Positions 1-9,143 of a stretch of 38,082 nucleotides of DNA are shown here, one piece after another. The notes beneath the pieces are model-generated. The model saw only the letters and a program-made list of their open reading frames with translations, had not been told where the DNA came from and searched no databases. The DNA comes from a virus, in IMG/VR virus record IMGVR_UViG_3300027693_000002; one strand, given 5' to 3'. The translations under genes were made by a program, and so were the position numbers. Numbering within the stretch: position 1 is the stretch's first letter; each line of letters begins with the position of its first letter.

Positions 1-1064
1 GTCGGGGCTTTTGACTCAAGAGCGTGAGCTAAAGCCCGATAACAAAAACGTTTCTGACCTCGACATCCAGAGAGATCAAGGTCTTCAAGAACGAAGACCG
101 ATTCTGGATAAGCTAGAAGAAGCTCATTTGATACTCGTCCTGTGATACTCTTAGTAAGCCCAGAAAGCTTGGACTCTAGGCGGTCAAGCCTGGGTGAGTT
201 GTCCTTAAGATTCTGTCTCTGGCGGTTCGAGCGAACCGCCCTGACCTTGTTGTAGAGCTGGTTGAACTTTGGTTGAAGGTCAGCCCCAAACGTGTGTCCA
301 CTCGAAGTAGCCGCTACTACGTTCAGCCCAACGTCGACTCCTACTCGAGGTAACTCTGGCTCAGCTTCCAGAACGAGCCACTCCTTGATATCAACCGCTT
401 CAAAACGCCAACGGCCCTTTCGGTCTTTCCTCGCATGGATTCCCTTGGAAACATCGGAAGCTTTCCTCACATAAGGGTTACCAACCAATGGTAACCAGGC
501 AAGCTTACGCGAAACCAAGGTTGAGATCTTGAGCCAAAAATCAGCGTGGACAGTTTCTTCTGGATCTTCCAATGAGCAAGTGTTTTCCGACATCCTCATT
601 GGAATCCGATTGGACACGCTTGGGAAATTTCCCACTACTTCTGGGTCTGAGAGCCAAGTCCAATACAGATCGATAGCTTCTTGGGAGACAGTGTCCCTTG
701 GCTCATGAACCAGATACTTCTCTACTGTGTAGAGTTGCTTTCGGAAGTCCTCGGTGATTTCACCCCTCTTGAAAGCCAATCGAATGTGGGTCTTGAGCTT
801 CCGGACGTAGACTGATTTAGCTCAAGTACTCACGATCTGAATAGCGTGGTCTCGGGCGTTCTTCTCAATCTGAGATGTGAGCTTCTCAGCTCGTGGAAAG
901 AACTCTTGCTTCTTGGAACGAGGTAAAGTCAGCCTACGAGCTTCAAGCATCGTCTGGACGCAGATCCGAACGTAAGAGACGTATTCGACATGGAGGGCTT
1001 CAAGGGAGGCTAGTTTCCCTGGGTTACACTCGGGGTGCAGCATGAAGAACCGACTCTTCTTCAT
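1..1064 (-). mobile_element. tnpB: IS200/IS605-family TnpB-like (OrfB) RNA-guided nuclease gene. The 5' part is in the window and the 3' end runs off the window start. It is interrupted by a single in-frame TGA at 822-824.
   Basis: The minus-strand frame is open from 821 down to position 1; I checked every in-frame triplet and found no stop. It is in the same frame as the 80-aa ORF 822..1064 that ends with TGA. The translation contains the RuvC-I-like motif GVDVGLNVVAATSSGHTFGADL. It also contains the RuvC-II-like stretch ESVFVLEDLDLSG followed by ...YRALAHALESKAP, which is typical of TnpB/OrfB. No TnpA is adjacent. Confidence 0.7.
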
Positions 1065-1219
1065 CTAATTACATACACCGGAATAATTAGCGGCCTTGAT
1101 CAACTTTGTAAGTTTGAAGTCAACTGCTCGAACCCTCAGATACCTGCTCACCACCTGTCGAACTATTGGGTCAGTCATCAACTGCCAAGACCAATCAATA
1201 GTTTACCAAAAACTCATCC

Positions 1220-1624
1220 TTATTCGTGAGTACTGAACCACCAATTGAGAAGTTCCATAAGCTCTCGTGCCCAACGCTGCTTGAGTACCTCCTCGAAATT
1301 CACCGGTTTGGGGTAATGTACGAGAGTAGCCTGAATATCATGCCCTGAATCAACAAGTTGATGGGCCAACCGCTGGAGCTTAACAGCTAATTCCATTCGA
1401 CTAGGATTGGGCTGCTGACACACATCCTGAAGTCGCTGCAACTCTCTCGACAAGTCTTGGGCATTAGTGATTCTACTCATACTAAAACCTGGTATGAGTA
1501 GATCATTCGAGGATGATCTTACCAGAGCCCCCCGAACAACCATCGGGTCTAAAGCCGAATCTCGGAAGCGCCTGACTTGGTTATCAACCGAACTTTTCCT
1601 GAAAAGTGGTTGACCTTCAACCAC
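1220..1624 (-). CDS. hypothetical protein (134 aa)
   Basis: Six-frame ORF of ordinary composition; no recognisable motif. Confidence 0.35.
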   Translation of the reverse strand: MVEGQPLFRKSSVDNQVRRFRDSALDPMVVRGALVRSSSNDLLIPGFSMSRITNAQDLSRELQRLQDVCQQPNPSRMELAVKLQRLAHQLVDSGHDIQATLVHYPKPVNFEEVLKQRWARELMELLNWWFSTHE

Positions 1625-1836
1625 TCTTCTGCATATCCTCGCCGGGTCTCGACAGAAAATACGACTCCCTTGTACTCGTTTGGCTGTTGAGCTGCTAGCT
1701 CAGGATAGGGGCTAGCAGCTCCTTCGAAGAAAACCTGAATAGTATCTGTGCCCTCGATTCGAAGTATCGTAATCGAGGTCGCAGATCTGAGAAATTCCTT
1801 GAGCATAGGTTGATTTTGGCACCTTACTCGCTCCAA
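1549..1836 (-). CDS. hypothetical protein (95 aa)
   Basis: ORF that overlaps the previous one in another frame; weak support. Confidence 0.3.
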   Translation of the reverse strand: MERVRCQNQPMLKEFLRSATSITILRIEGTDTIQVFFEGAASPYPELAAQQPNEYKGVVFSVETRRGYAEEWLKVNHFSGKVRLITKSGASEIRL

Positions 1837-2181
1837 GTCAAAGACAGCCGTTCGAAGTTACCACCGGATTGTACAAGCCTTGACGACGAGCCCACAACAA
1901 ACGGTACCCGTCACCCGTGGCAGCCCTGCTGGGTTGGTTGCTTCGAACTCCGTAGCTGACCAGTCCATACAGGTAAAAAAGCTATGCCCCTTGGTCCGTA
2001 CATCAGTGAACCCATTGTACTTCAAGGCCCTTTGGGTGCCTGCCTCGTTCGTCCAAGGGAGCAGCCAAGCCACGATGATGAGGATAGAGATCACATGGGG
2101 TATGGTTTTCATGCCAAGTCGATACCCCGGGAGTTGAGTTTTTGAATCCTCGGGTCCCTCCCCGGTGTAACTACCACTCCG

Positions 2182-2868
2182 ATGTCCAACAAAGACCTGC
2201 GTGAACGAAGTGGTAGTGTCAATATTCGAAGCCGGCTTACGAGTTTTCTCTACGATCTCATGCGAGATCACCTAACGCCAGGGGTTGTTGAGGAGCTGGT
2301 TCAGGAGTCCATAGCCATCGAGGTATCCTACACGAATGGGTACCTCGCCCAATACGCCTTCGATATGGCCAAGCGACTAGAGCCCTATCCGTTCTCTCAA
2401 GGGGGGGTCATCAAGGACGTACTCCGAACCTACTTCATGAGGGTCAAAGATGGTCGCATACCTCCTCTCGTGGCGGCCGAAAAGGTCTATGCAGCCATCA
2501 CCGAGAACGATCCTTTGCTTACTGGTAAGGATCGTCACAAGAACGAGACCGTGGACCCACCCAAGGTCAAAGAGTTTGAAAAAGGCTACCTAAAGCAGAG
2601 CATCCGCGAAGCTGAGGATGAGCGTGTCATTCAAGCCATCACCGAGGCCGTGAACCCGCAACCACCAACCCCCGATCCCAATTGGACCCTAATGGTAGGG
2701 AATCGACCAGAAGGCCTCTACGGGGTCTTCTGCGAGCCCATCGGACACAAGGGGAACCCACGCTTCATCGCATCTGATCCCAAGCCCTATGAGGATGCTG
2801 TGAAGGAAGCTGACTTCATGAACCACTCGAACCACGCTTGGCACTACTATGCCAAGCCTCTCCGGTGA
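2182..2868 (+). CDS. hypothetical protein (228 aa)
   Basis: Long ORF with balanced composition. Confidence 0.5.
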   Translation: MSNKDLRERSGSVNIRSRLTSFLYDLMRDHLTPGVVEELVQESIAIEVSYTNGYLAQYAFDMAKRLEPYPFSQGGVIKDVLRTYFMRVKDGRIPPLVAAEKVYAAITENDPLLTGKDRHKNETVDPPKVKEFEKGYLKQSIREAEDERVIQAITEAVNPQPPTPDPNWTLMVGNRPEGLYGVFCEPIGHKGNPRFIASDPKPYEDAVKEADFMNHSNHAWHYYAKPLR

Positions 2869-2942
2869 GACCTTAAACTACTCGCACTCTATTGCAACAT
2901 TTCAACAGCTTCCTGGAAGAGATCGAAATCGACAGGGAGCTG

Positions 2943-2977
2943 TTGAGGTTCCCCTACCTTCGAACGTATAATAGAAC
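2943..2977 (+). promoter_or_regulatory. leaderless promoter variant (TTGAGG-N18-TATAAT-agaac-ATG)
   Basis: TTGAGG at 2943-2948 and TATAAT at 2967-2972, 5 nt before the ATG at 2978. Confidence 0.5.
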
Positions 2978-3310
2978 ATGTCAATTGCAATCAAAAGCCT
3001 GAAGACTGGGGATGTTCTCTACGACTGCCACAAGGAGAGGGCTGGAAATACCACCATGTCTGTAATGAGGGTCTGGAAGATCCAAGTCCTCGAGGTGAAT
3101 CTTGAAGAGGGTAAAGCGCTCATCTCTTGGAACGGAAACTCGCCTGTTTGGAAAACCGAACAGTACTTCCAGGACGCAAGGATCCGTCGGACTCCCCCCG
3201 AGTGGTCCACGATAGGGATCTTCGAAGGCAGAACCTGCTACTTCTGCCGCGCTAAGGAGGTCGACGGTCACACACCTACTTGCACCCACCCCAAGGCCAA
3301 GAAACGTTGA
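2978..3310 (+). CDS. hypothetical Cys/His-containing small protein (110 aa)
   Basis: ORF placed directly after the promoter-like motif. The antisense 290-aa ORF over the same region looks like a shadow ORF. Confidence 0.55.
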   Translation: MSIAIKSLKTGDVLYDCHKERAGNTTMSVMRVWKIQVLEVNLEEGKALISWNGNSPVWKTEQYFQDARIRRTPPEWSTIGIFEGRTCYFCRAKEVDGHTPTCTHPKAKKR

Positions 3311-3327
3311 GTCCAAGCCCCCTACAA

Positions 3328-3420
3328 GGTGCAAAACCAGTACCACCCAAACCCCTTCGAGGCTTCTCCACCTGGGGTTGAAACGGCCCCAAACCCAAAA
3401 ACTAATACTCAGGTTGCACT
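3328..3420 (+). repeat. conserved ~95-nt 3'-UTR/intergenic element, copy 1
   Basis: It shares GCAAAACCAGTACCA, a stem AACCCC/GGGGTT, TTGAA, a CA-rich tract and ATACT...TTGCA with 30286-30380. The stem shows a compensatory change (CCCC/GGGG here, CCCCC/GGGGG in copy 2). Confidence 0.6.
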
Positions 3421-3442
3421 GGCAATACCACTTTTTTGTTGT

Positions 3443-3475
3443 TGAGTTCTCACCCCATCGTGCGTAGTACTTAGC
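3443..3475 (+). promoter_or_regulatory. consensus leaderless promoter (TTGAGT-N14-GCGTAGTA-N6-ATG)
   Basis: TTGAGT at 3443-3448 and GCGTAGTA at 3462-3469, with the ATG at 3476. Confidence 0.6.
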
Positions 3476-3835
3476 ATGTACGACCCAGCAGAGAAGATTG
3501 ACGAAGCTGTTCGAACCACATTGGCCGAGGCATTTCGTTGCGTAGGTTTGGAGCCCTACGCCGTGGTTGCCAGCGAATTCGTTGGGTCTGCATGTACCCT
3601 CCCCAACCACTACAGGACGGTGCCCGAGTTCGTGAATTGGCTTACCATCGGAGCAATCCGGAAGCTTGGGAGGGGGTTGGATCTCCCATGCGAGATGTTG
3701 CGCGAGATAGCACTCAGAATCGAGCACGCTTGCTTCGCTGCGAGTGAGCATGACGTCGATTCGGAGAGTGACGTGGAAACCGAACTCAACGTCGCCAAGC
3801 AAGCCCTCGAAGCCCTTCGGAAGAAGGCTCGCTAA
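3476..3835 (+). CDS. hypothetical protein (119 aa)
   Basis: ORF at the canonical distance from the promoter motif. Confidence 0.6.
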   Translation: MYDPAEKIDEAVRTTLAEAFRCVGLEPYAVVASEFVGSACTLPNHYRTVPEFVNWLTIGAIRKLGRGLDLPCEMLREIALRIEHACFAASEHDVDSESDVETELNVAKQALEALRKKAR

Positions 3836-3840
3836 CCGAT

Positions 3841-3870
3841 AAGAACGGGTCAAGTGGTTGACCCGTTCTT
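3841..3870. terminator. bidirectional hairpin terminator candidate between convergent genes
   Basis: A perfect 13-bp stem, AAGAACGGGTCAA / TTGACCCGTTCTT, with a GTGG loop. It sits between the stop of 3476..3835 (+) and the end of 3882..4172 (-). Confidence 0.5.
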
Positions 3871-3881
3871 CATCTCGTGAC

Positions 3882-4172
3882 TCATGGTTTCCTCAATCGT
3901 CCTACTACGCCGTTGCCACTGACCGTCTTATGCATCACCGTGTGGTCACGTGGCATCTCCGGTAGCCTAGGCTCTTCGTCAAACGGCGAGGTCGCGAACG
4001 GGTACTCCTCATCGAAGGTCAAAGCATTAACCTCGACCGGCTTCCCTTGTTCGTTCTCGGTGATGGTCTTCATCATGTCATCTTGGTTCTCGAACGTGGA
4101 CGTGGGCATTGGAGTGGACTTTAGACCTGGGGGTGGGTTAGGGTCGTAGCAGTTGACTCCAAACCTGATCAA
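3882..4172 (-). CDS. hypothetical acidic protein (96 aa; TTG or an internal ATG start)
   Basis: The minus-strand ORF has a more protein-like composition than the overlapping plus-strand ORF. The start codon is uncertain. Confidence 0.3.
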   Translation of the reverse strand: MIRFGVNCYDPNPPPGLKSTPMPTSTFENQDDMMKTITENEQGKPVEVNALTFDEEYPFATSPFDEEPRLPEMPRDHTVMHKTVSGNGVVGRLRKP

Positions 4173-4526
4173 AGTTACCCGATCATTTTCAACTTGACAA
4201 GAATTCCAATCGGATTTAGCATACCGGCCTCAGGTCATAATTCCGTAAAGTGGTAGATCTGATGGGTCCTTGAAAAGCAAGTCTATCGGGTTCACGGCAC
4301 GAAACAGCGCGTTCCGCGCACTTCCTTGCTGTGGTAAAAGACTTGAGGAAAATCAAGTTGACCAAACACCAAGAGGACTTGATCCTTTCGGGGAAAGTAG
4401 TTCCTAGATCACCTGGACGTTCCAGGACAAAATGGTCGAGGAATGTCGATATTCCTCGAAATTGGTGAATCGATGGATCGAAGGCTATGCCTAAGTTTAC
4501 TTAGGAAGTGTCCCGATCGTCGAATG

Positions 4527-4552
4527 ATGCAGTGCCCGAAGGGGCACTGCAT
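4527..4552 (+). other. GC-rich hairpin (11-bp stem) in the 4150-4650 non-coding region
   Basis: ATGCAGTGCCC-gaag-GGGCACTGCAT. Confidence 0.4.
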
Positions 4553-4651
4553 TCGCGCTATTACCGTACTAGCCGGAGGCTTACTGTGAAGGTAAGATCA
4601 CAAAATCTGGTTCGCATAGCTTCAAACTGAGAGTTCTACTCTAACGTAAGT

Positions 4652-4930
4652 TTGAACACGTTCTCAGATACGGTACTGAGCATGCCAGGACCAATATCCG
4701 ATGTGTATGATCCAGAGTTCTCGACGGTGGCGAATGCTGACCTAGTCCGTTCCGCCATAGAGATCCAACGGGACAAGGTAACCGCCCTACTTGGACCTCA
4801 GTTGCCCAACATCCTTGACGTTGTTGTTAACATGGATAGCAACGAGGGAAAAGAATTCACCATGAAGCTAACGGAGCGAGATCTACGAGTGATTCGCTTT
4901 GCGCTCAATCGAGCACTTGAGACGATCTAG
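4652..4930 (+). CDS. hypothetical protein (92 aa)
   Basis: ORF that follows the structured non-coding region. Confidence 0.45.
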   Translation: MNTFSDTVLSMPGPISDVYDPEFSTVANADLVRSAIEIQRDKVTALLGPQLPNILDVVVNMDSNEGKEFTMKLTERDLRVIRFALNRALETI

Positions 4931-5202
4931 ATCACTGGCACCCGGTGATACCTTGATGGGTACATCGTCTTTGTTGTTTTTGGTACGGGTGGTTCAGTGA
5001 AGAACGGGAGGAGTTGTTCCAACTCTTGTTCGCTTATGTGCAGGGTCACTAAGGCTCCATTAGGAGCCTTGAAGTCTACCGTTGTTATTGTACTGTGGAT
5101 GCTAGGTTCAAATCTTTGAGGACTCTCGTCTCCTACGTTGCGAAGTACTGGGACGAGGGTTCTTGTTTGGCTGAAAGAGCGTTCTAGCTGAAATCCAACT
5201 GT

Positions 5203-5949
5203 TCATAACCCACCTACCCGTAGCACGAGGTTAACGTACTCCAAACCCCGTGGTAGATCCCGGTTCACCAAAACCTTCCGACGAGTGCACGTCGTGGGTG
5301 CCTTGGTCTTGGGGTTGAACCCAGTCCTCTCGAAGTCCTCCCAATAGAGACCGACACCATGCTTTTGCCAGGTAGCGAGCTTGTTGAAATTGATCCCATG
5401 CTGAAAGAGTAGTTCGTTCTTGGCCGAGAAACTCCGACCTTCAAGGACCTCCGTCGCCTGCTTGGCGTTCTTCCCAGCCTTTCTCAACGTCCAGTAACAC
5501 CAGGAGTTCAGACAACAGCGAAAGGCATCCGACTGCCTCCATCGGAAGTAATCGACCACGTCGTTCTCCAAGATCCCCACCCAGACCCGACCGTCAAAGT
5601 GACCAGGCTTGCCCAGCTCCAACGAAAAGGTCGACGACGCTATCCCCGCAGAGACCGACACAAGCTTCTCCACTTCGCGACCGAATAGATCCGTATCACG
5701 AGGCAGTAGAACCGAAATTTCGTCACTCTCCGTGAATGCATAGAGTCCACCTAACTCAATCAACAAAGCCTTCGCCGTCGCCACCATGCACTCGTGAAAC
5801 TTCACATCGAATGGATGCTCCATTCCTCGGGTCAGCTTCGTGAAGCTCCGCCCATCAACACGAACAATGGGATAGGCACCAGGTAAGACTTCCAGCGCAT
5901 GATAGCACTCAAGCCGTCGCATCCGAACATCAAGGTTGTCACTTTTCAT
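5203..5949 (-). CDS. Thg1-like protein (tRNA-His guanylyltransferase / 3'-5' nucleotide polymerase family)
   Basis: 248 aa. The motifs IVRVDGRSF, TESDEISVLL, FDGRVWV, RWRQSDAFRCCLNSWCYWTL and SAKNELLFQHGINFNK align, from memory, with conserved Thg1 blocks ([55 protein letters not shown]). Confidence 0.8.
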   Translation of the reverse strand: MKSDNLDVRMRRLECYHALEVLPGAYPIVRVDGRSFTKLTRGMEHPFDVKFHECMVATAKALLIELGGLYAFTESDEISVLLPRDTDLFGREVEKLVSVSAGIASSTFSLELGKPGHFDGRVWVGILENDVVDYFRWRQSDAFRCCLNSWCYWTLRKAGKNAKQATEVLEGRSFSAKNELLFQHGINFNKLATWQKHGVGLYWEDFERTGFNPKTKAPTTCTRRKVLVNRDLPRGLEYVNLVLRVGGL

Positions 5950-6131
5950 ACTTTGAGGTCACTTCTGTGCTCGAGTAGCTAACCATCCTACGTGATTTCC
6001 TCTAGAAGTCAAAACCTATGTCGCTAGCTACGGAAACCTACCAGGCTTAGGATTAGTATAAGTATATCAAGGGTTTAGACCAGGTAACCCTAGGTCAGAT
6101 AACTCTCTGATGAGATTACATCTGGGGTTTC

Positions 6132-6569
6132 ATGAAAGTCACGAATCTCACCAATGCTCCGATCTACCTGAAGGACTTAAGACTCATTCGGCAGGGTCAA
6201 TCCGAGGCCCGGAGAGCTGAGGACCAGTACATTGGGGCGGGACGTAGTGTTTACCTGCCCGACACTTCAGAAGTCATTCGATCCGCTCAAAAAGGTGATC
6301 TCTATCAGTTCGAGAAGGTGGGTAAGCTAAGGCTCAACGAGATCCTCTCTCTAGCGGCCTTCCCGGGCCCAGGGAACTCAGCAACGATACACCATGACCT
6401 AGGGTATTACCCCAACGCAGCAGCTCTCAAAAAGGTTGTTACGGGTTCGGTAGTCACGTGGTTAACCTCTATAGGTGCCGTAGACATCATCCACAACGCT
6501 ACCTTCACAGAGACCACCTTCATCAATACAGTGGCCTTGCCTTTAGAGTTCTTAGTAAGGGTTGGATAA
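6132..6569 (+). CDS. hypothetical protein (145 aa), translationally coupled to the downstream tailspike-like gene
   Basis: Its 8-nt overlap with 6562..8526 suggests a two-gene structural module. Confidence 0.5.
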   Translation: MKVTNLTNAPIYLKDLRLIRQGQSEARRAEDQYIGAGRSVYLPDTSEVIRSAQKGDLYQFEKVGKLRLNEILSLAAFPGPGNSATIHHDLGYYPNAAALKKVVTGSVVTWLTSIGAVDIIHNATFTETTFINTVALPLEFLVRVG

Positions 6570-8526
6570 TATGACAGTTACACCACAAGAACTCGCTCGT
6601 GATGACTTCGGGACTATCATCCGAAAGCTCAACGTCCCCGGGGGACCCAACTCCTTTAGCCTTGGTGACGTCATCATCATCGATGACGTCAACGGGAATG
6701 ACTCAACGGGAGTGATCAACGGATTACCCTTCAAAACAGTTGAAGCCGCCATCGCCTACATCAATACGTATGGCTTCACGGAAGTGACTATGTGGCTCTT
6801 ACCGGGGCGGTATACTATCGCTGCCGGGTTCGTAATGCCCGCCACCTGCTCAATGCGTGGATTCAGCTTGCAAGTGTGCAGCATCACACTCACTACCTCT
6901 GTAAGCGCTACAATGATCACGATGGGGGAGAATTCTCGTATAGAGGATCTGACCCTGAACTTAACGTCAACATCAGATACGGCTAACCTAGTACTACTTG
7001 AGCTCCCGGGTACGACGTCAATCACATCGAAGATCAGAACTTGCGTTCTCAATATAGATAACGCCACAGTCTCGACGGGCAGTACCACCAACGTGTATGG
7101 CCTCTACGTGACAGGTACCGGTATCCTTGGGCCAGCAACGTTCAGCTTCAATCAAACTCGAAGTAGCACAATGAATCTCCGTTCCAACGGGAATGGCCAC
7201 AAGTACGGGATCTACTTGCCCCCGACAGGCTCCGGGTGTCAGATCTCCTGGAGAGACTCAAACATTTACGTTGCCGCCCCACGAGACTTGGCCTCAGCGG
7301 GTAACTACACTGGGGTTTGCTGTGAGAATAACAACAGCCAAATCCAGCTAAGAACAACCTCCATATCTGGAGTACCCTATCAATCACCAACTACTAACCC
7401 CTCGGTACGCCTGTTCTCACTTGTGAACACGACTCTATCAGGGATCCAAACCATTCAAGGAGTCACACTGGTCGCTGGTGACCGAATCCTCCTCGGAAGT
7501 CAAAACACAGAAACCCAGAACTCTGTTTGGATAGTTGCTAGTGAGGCTTGGACCCGTGCGGCAGATATGCCCCTTGGCAGCAATGCCAGTGGATCTTGGA
7601 TAGAGGTGCAAGAAGGAAGCTTCGCGTCCCAAAAGTGGCTCTGTGTTAGTTACCCAGCCACAGTTGGCACAGATCCTCTAACCTGGAGACACACCTATAG
7701 CGGGGTAGATCTCAAGTTGCCCGTGATGGCCAGGTATACAGGGGGATCCCCTACAGGATCTAGAGCAGCTCAAGGCTCCTACACGCCCGCCGAAGGAGAT
7801 CGCCTATTCTTGGATCAGGCCACAAGTGCAGTAAACAATGGTACTTGGACCTACAATTCGACTGGAGCCTGGACTCGGGCTGGGGATATGCCCGCAGGAA
7901 CAACTTCCTTCAATGCCTACATAACTGTGGAGGGTGGTACAGATGAAGGACACGCATTCATCTGCACTACCGTGGGTACTGTGGATACAGATGATCTAAC
8001 GTTTGTGCCCAAGTACAACGGATCGGATATCCTTCAACTCCTACCGCTCTCGGGTAACGTGCCCAATGGCATCAACGTCGGGCCTGGTGTTGACTTGGTT
8101 ACGAAAAGTACCAATGGCAAGCCTTTCTCAACATACACGAGACCAAATACTTTCGTGTATGGCTATCGAGGTAACCTGCCTAATGGTATCAGGTACCTAT
8201 GGCAAGGACTGCAGACCGCGTTGGACAGTACCCAGGTATTCTACCGCTTCCAGCAAGATACCATCGTGCAAGGGATCTCCATCGTAGTTAGGAACACAGA
8301 TTTAGGCACCACTGTGGTTAAGGCAACGGCACTCAAGTCCTTGAGTGGTATCGCCGGACAGGGGATCCACACTCCAGTGAGTGTGAGCATCACTAACGGG
8401 ATCACTATGGCAGAGAATTACAAATCTTCTATACTGTTCGAACGAGCCTCATTCCTCGCAGTACAACTAGAATCTAACTCACCCGTTAGCCCCGGAGACT
8501 TCACTGTCGAGATTGATGCCTACTGA
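6562..8526 (+). CDS. tailspike / tail-fiber-like receptor-binding protein, with an N-terminal pectate-lyase-type beta-helix signature and two ~60-aa C-terminal tandem repeats
   Basis: 654 aa, Ser/Thr/Gly/Asn-rich. The N-terminal pattern GDVIIIDD...PFKTVEAAIAYIN...GRYTI resembles the starts of beta-helix depolymerases. Internal repeats GDRxxL...AWTRAxDMPxG...GTDxLTW/F occur twice. Confidence 0.55.
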   Translation: MDNMTVTPQELARDDFGTIIRKLNVPGGPNSFSLGDVIIIDDVNGNDSTGVINGLPFKTVEAAIAYINTYGFTEVTMWLLPGRYTIAAGFVMPATCSMRGFSLQVCSITLTTSVSATMITMGENSRIEDLTLNLTSTSDTANLVLLELPGTTSITSKIRTCVLNIDNATVSTGSTTNVYGLYVTGTGILGPATFSFNQTRSSTMNLRSNGNGHKYGIYLPPTGSGCQISWRDSNIYVAAPRDLASAGNYTGVCCENNNSQIQLRTTSISGVPYQSPTTNPSVRLFSLVNTTLSGIQTIQGVTLVAGDRILLGSQNTETQNSVWIVASEAWTRAADMPLGSNASGSWIEVQEGSFASQKWLCVSYPATVGTDPLTWRHTYSGVDLKLPVMARYTGGSPTGSRAAQGSYTPAEGDRLFLDQATSAVNNGTWTYNSTGAWTRAGDMPAGTTSFNAYITVEGGTDEGHAFICTTVGTVDTDDLTFVPKYNGSDILQLLPLSGNVPNGINVGPGVDLVTKSTNGKPFSTYTRPNTFVYGYRGNLPNGIRYLWQGLQTALDSTQVFYRFQQDTIVQGISIVVRNTDLGTTVVKATALKSLSGIAGQGIHTPVSVSITNGITMAENYKSSILFERASFLAVQLESNSPVSPGDFTVEIDAY

Positions 8527-8684
8527 GTCAAAGGTCCTTCGAGCCCAATCGAACTAGGATCACTCGAAGACCACCTTCTTTCAACACGCTCGATAAAGCA
8601 TACGACAGAGATAGACTTCGCAGACCCACAGTCCGATGAAGATGCAGATCCGTAATAGGTCGGCCATGCCCTGAAAGTATCCTT

Positions 8685-8963
8685 TCAGTCCATCCCTTTA
8701 CGTTGCGTCTGGACTGGTTGCTCTTGCTGAATTTCACGAGAGATCATAGAAAAGTGAAGCTTCAAATCGCCCTTCTGCCACATCACGTCGGAACCATCGG
8801 GCGAGATTGACCAAAAGCCACGCCGTCGACGAATGCGATTCGCCTGCCAATCGATCACCGCAATCGTCAGCAAAGCCAGGGAGTACCCACCCAGCCCAAC
8901 TGCTAAATACCTTAGAACTTCAGAGTACATTGTACCAAGTAACCTTTCGAGACTAACCTGCAA
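8685..8963 (-). CDS. small membrane protein candidate (92 aa, one predicted transmembrane helix)
   Basis: Hydrophobic stretch YLAVGLGGYSLALLTIAVIDW. Convergent with the tailspike-like gene. A holin-like role is only a guess. Confidence 0.3.
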   Translation of the reverse strand: MQVSLERLLGTMYSEVLRYLAVGLGGYSLALLTIAVIDWQANRIRRRRGFWSISPDGSDVMWQKGDLKLHFSMISREIQQEQPVQTQRKGMD

Positions 8964-9049
8964 TCCTTGTCAACTCTCGAACGTCCTTTAAGCTTCTTAG
9001 GTTTCTTTAGGGCGGAATGTACCCTTGGACTTGAATCCTCATTTAGGTG

Positions 9050-9085
9050 TTGAGTCATACTTAGCATGGAGTAATAGGTGCATTA
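9050..9085 (+). promoter_or_regulatory. orphan promoter-like motif (TTGAGT-N15-gaGTAATAGG) with no ORF downstream, inside a minus-strand operon region
   Basis: TTGAGT at 9050-9055 and GTAATA at 9071-9076. There is no ATG at the canonical position. Confidence 0.3.
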
Positions 9086-9143
9086 GTCACTGGGTAACCA
9101 CCTCTCTTATTTCTGTACAACTATGTCCACAGAGACCTTTGTG

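Noticed and set aside
292-474. 60-aa plus-strand ORF
   Set aside because: It lies antisense inside the continuous TnpB reading frame.
2981-3853. 290-aa minus-strand ORF
   Set aside because: It is antisense to two promoter-supported plus-strand genes. Its translation is low-complexity (G/V/L/P/W-rich) and lacks start signals, so it is a shadow ORF of a GC-rich region.
6562-8526. Diversity-generating retroelement target (template repeat / variable repeat) in the tailspike gene
   Set aside because: The internal repeats are at the protein level and divergent. No near-identical template-repeat DNA copy or reverse transcriptase is present in the window.
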